Source of the DNA: the human T2T-CHM13v2.0 reference genome, Homo sapiens
DNA length: 64,000 nucleotides
Strand: one strand, 5' to 3'
Assembly: GCF_009914755.1 (NCBI RefSeq)
Contig: NC_060948.1
Shown: positions 63,056 through 64,000 of the stretch, piece by piece
Position numbering within the stretch: position 1 is the first letter of the stretch
How the letters are laid out: every line of letters begins with the position of its first letter
The notes under the pieces: generated by a model
What the model was told of the DNA's origin: nothing
What the model saw: only the letters and a program-made list of their open reading frames with translations
Databases searched by the model: none
Position numbers and translations under genes: made by a program

Positions 63056-64000
63056 CGCTTCTAGGATGGTAGAGAGCAGGAGAGCAGTCTGGCAGTCTAC
63101 AGCCTGAGACCCATCCCTAGGTAAGTAACTGAATTAGGGTTTGTTTTGGCTAAAGGTAAGATTGACCACCAGATGGTCTTAATTTCTCCTTACTATTAGA
63201 GCACTCAGCAATCATATAAGTTGTGCAATCATTTGTATTGCTTACCTGTTTCTGTTGATGTTGTTATTGTTGTTTGTTTGTTTCTGTTTTTGTTGTTATT
63301 TCAGTCTTTTTGATACTTGGTGCTTCTGAAATAGCAGTAATTTGTCCTAGCTGAAACATAGTACTGAGATTTTAAAATGTTTTTTAAAGGAGCTCAATGG
63401 TTAAAAGTCAGCTTAATTAAAAGCTAGCATCCCAAGTGTGTATGTGTGCATGAGTGTGTTTGTATTTAAAAAGCCTTCATGTTTTTGTTTTTGTTTTTCT
63501 CTTTTAAGACCTTGTCTTTTTTTTTTTTTTGAGCAAAAGATTTTTTTCTTCTCAGTTGACTGAATTCTGTTTTCACCTGATTTTTTGACTAAAATAGTTA
63601 TTGCAACAGGGGCTACTCTTGGGTTTTTAATGAAGAGTGTACTTTAGACACTCAGAAATGTCTTTGTTAAAAAAATTAACTGCACTGTAAAAGCGTCTCT
63701 AGCACCACCAGACTTTTTCTCTCTGTACCTTATAATGTAAATTTTGCTATTTAACTTTCACCTGAGTTGTTTCCTTTAATATGCAAATTTAAGGCTATTT
63801 AGCTAACAACCACCCAGTGTTGTAAAATAGGTTATCAAGAATCTAAAAGTCTAAGATAGAAAAAAAGGATCTTTATGAATCTATAATATGTGCTTTCATA
63901 CGTCTATGTATTTATGTGTTGTTTACACAATGTTTCACTGCTGAAAATATATAAAAGGCCTCTAATTAATTGGCTTGAAGAAAAATAAAAATGTTTAAAT
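62693..64000 (+). mobile_element. MER4-type internal (leader) region, continuing beyond the window
   Basis: Degenerate PBS-like TTTTGTTAACCACGGCGGGGATTC directly after the LTR; splice donor TAG|GTAAGT at 63121. Confidence 0.75.
63013..63058. repeat. (GT)17(GC)6 alternating purine-pyrimidine tract
   Basis: Directly visible. Confidence 0.97.

Overview
Human, AT-rich, repeat-dense genomic DNA. The best match is the X-transposed region of Yp11.2 around TGIF2LY. There is one protein-coding gene: a TALE-homeobox retrogene (CDS 32446-33003, 185 aa). Its 1-bp frameshift and the C-terminus ...[15 protein letters not shown]...SSPE mark it as the Y copy (TGIF2LY) rather than the 241-aa TGIF2LX. It has a compact CRE/MYB-type promoter and a 96-bp 5'UTR intron. 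A 5'-inverted (twin-primed) processed pseudogene of PRRC2C lies at 1949-3788, with a clear target-site duplication (TSD). The rest is transposon-derived: a full-length L1PA6/7-like element, an internally deleted older L1PA, several L1M relics, about 12 Alus, a solo LTR12 pointing toward the gene, MaLR/ERVL/MER50-like LTRs, and the 5' end of a MER4 provirus. I found no prokaryotic-type system, CRISPR array or RNA gene, and nothing I can defend as a wholly new biological system. The most interesting items are the split homeodomain/corepressor architecture of TGIF2LY, its promoter, and retrotransposition fossils readable at base resolution. Gene and repeat subfamily names come from recalled consensus sequences, not from a search.
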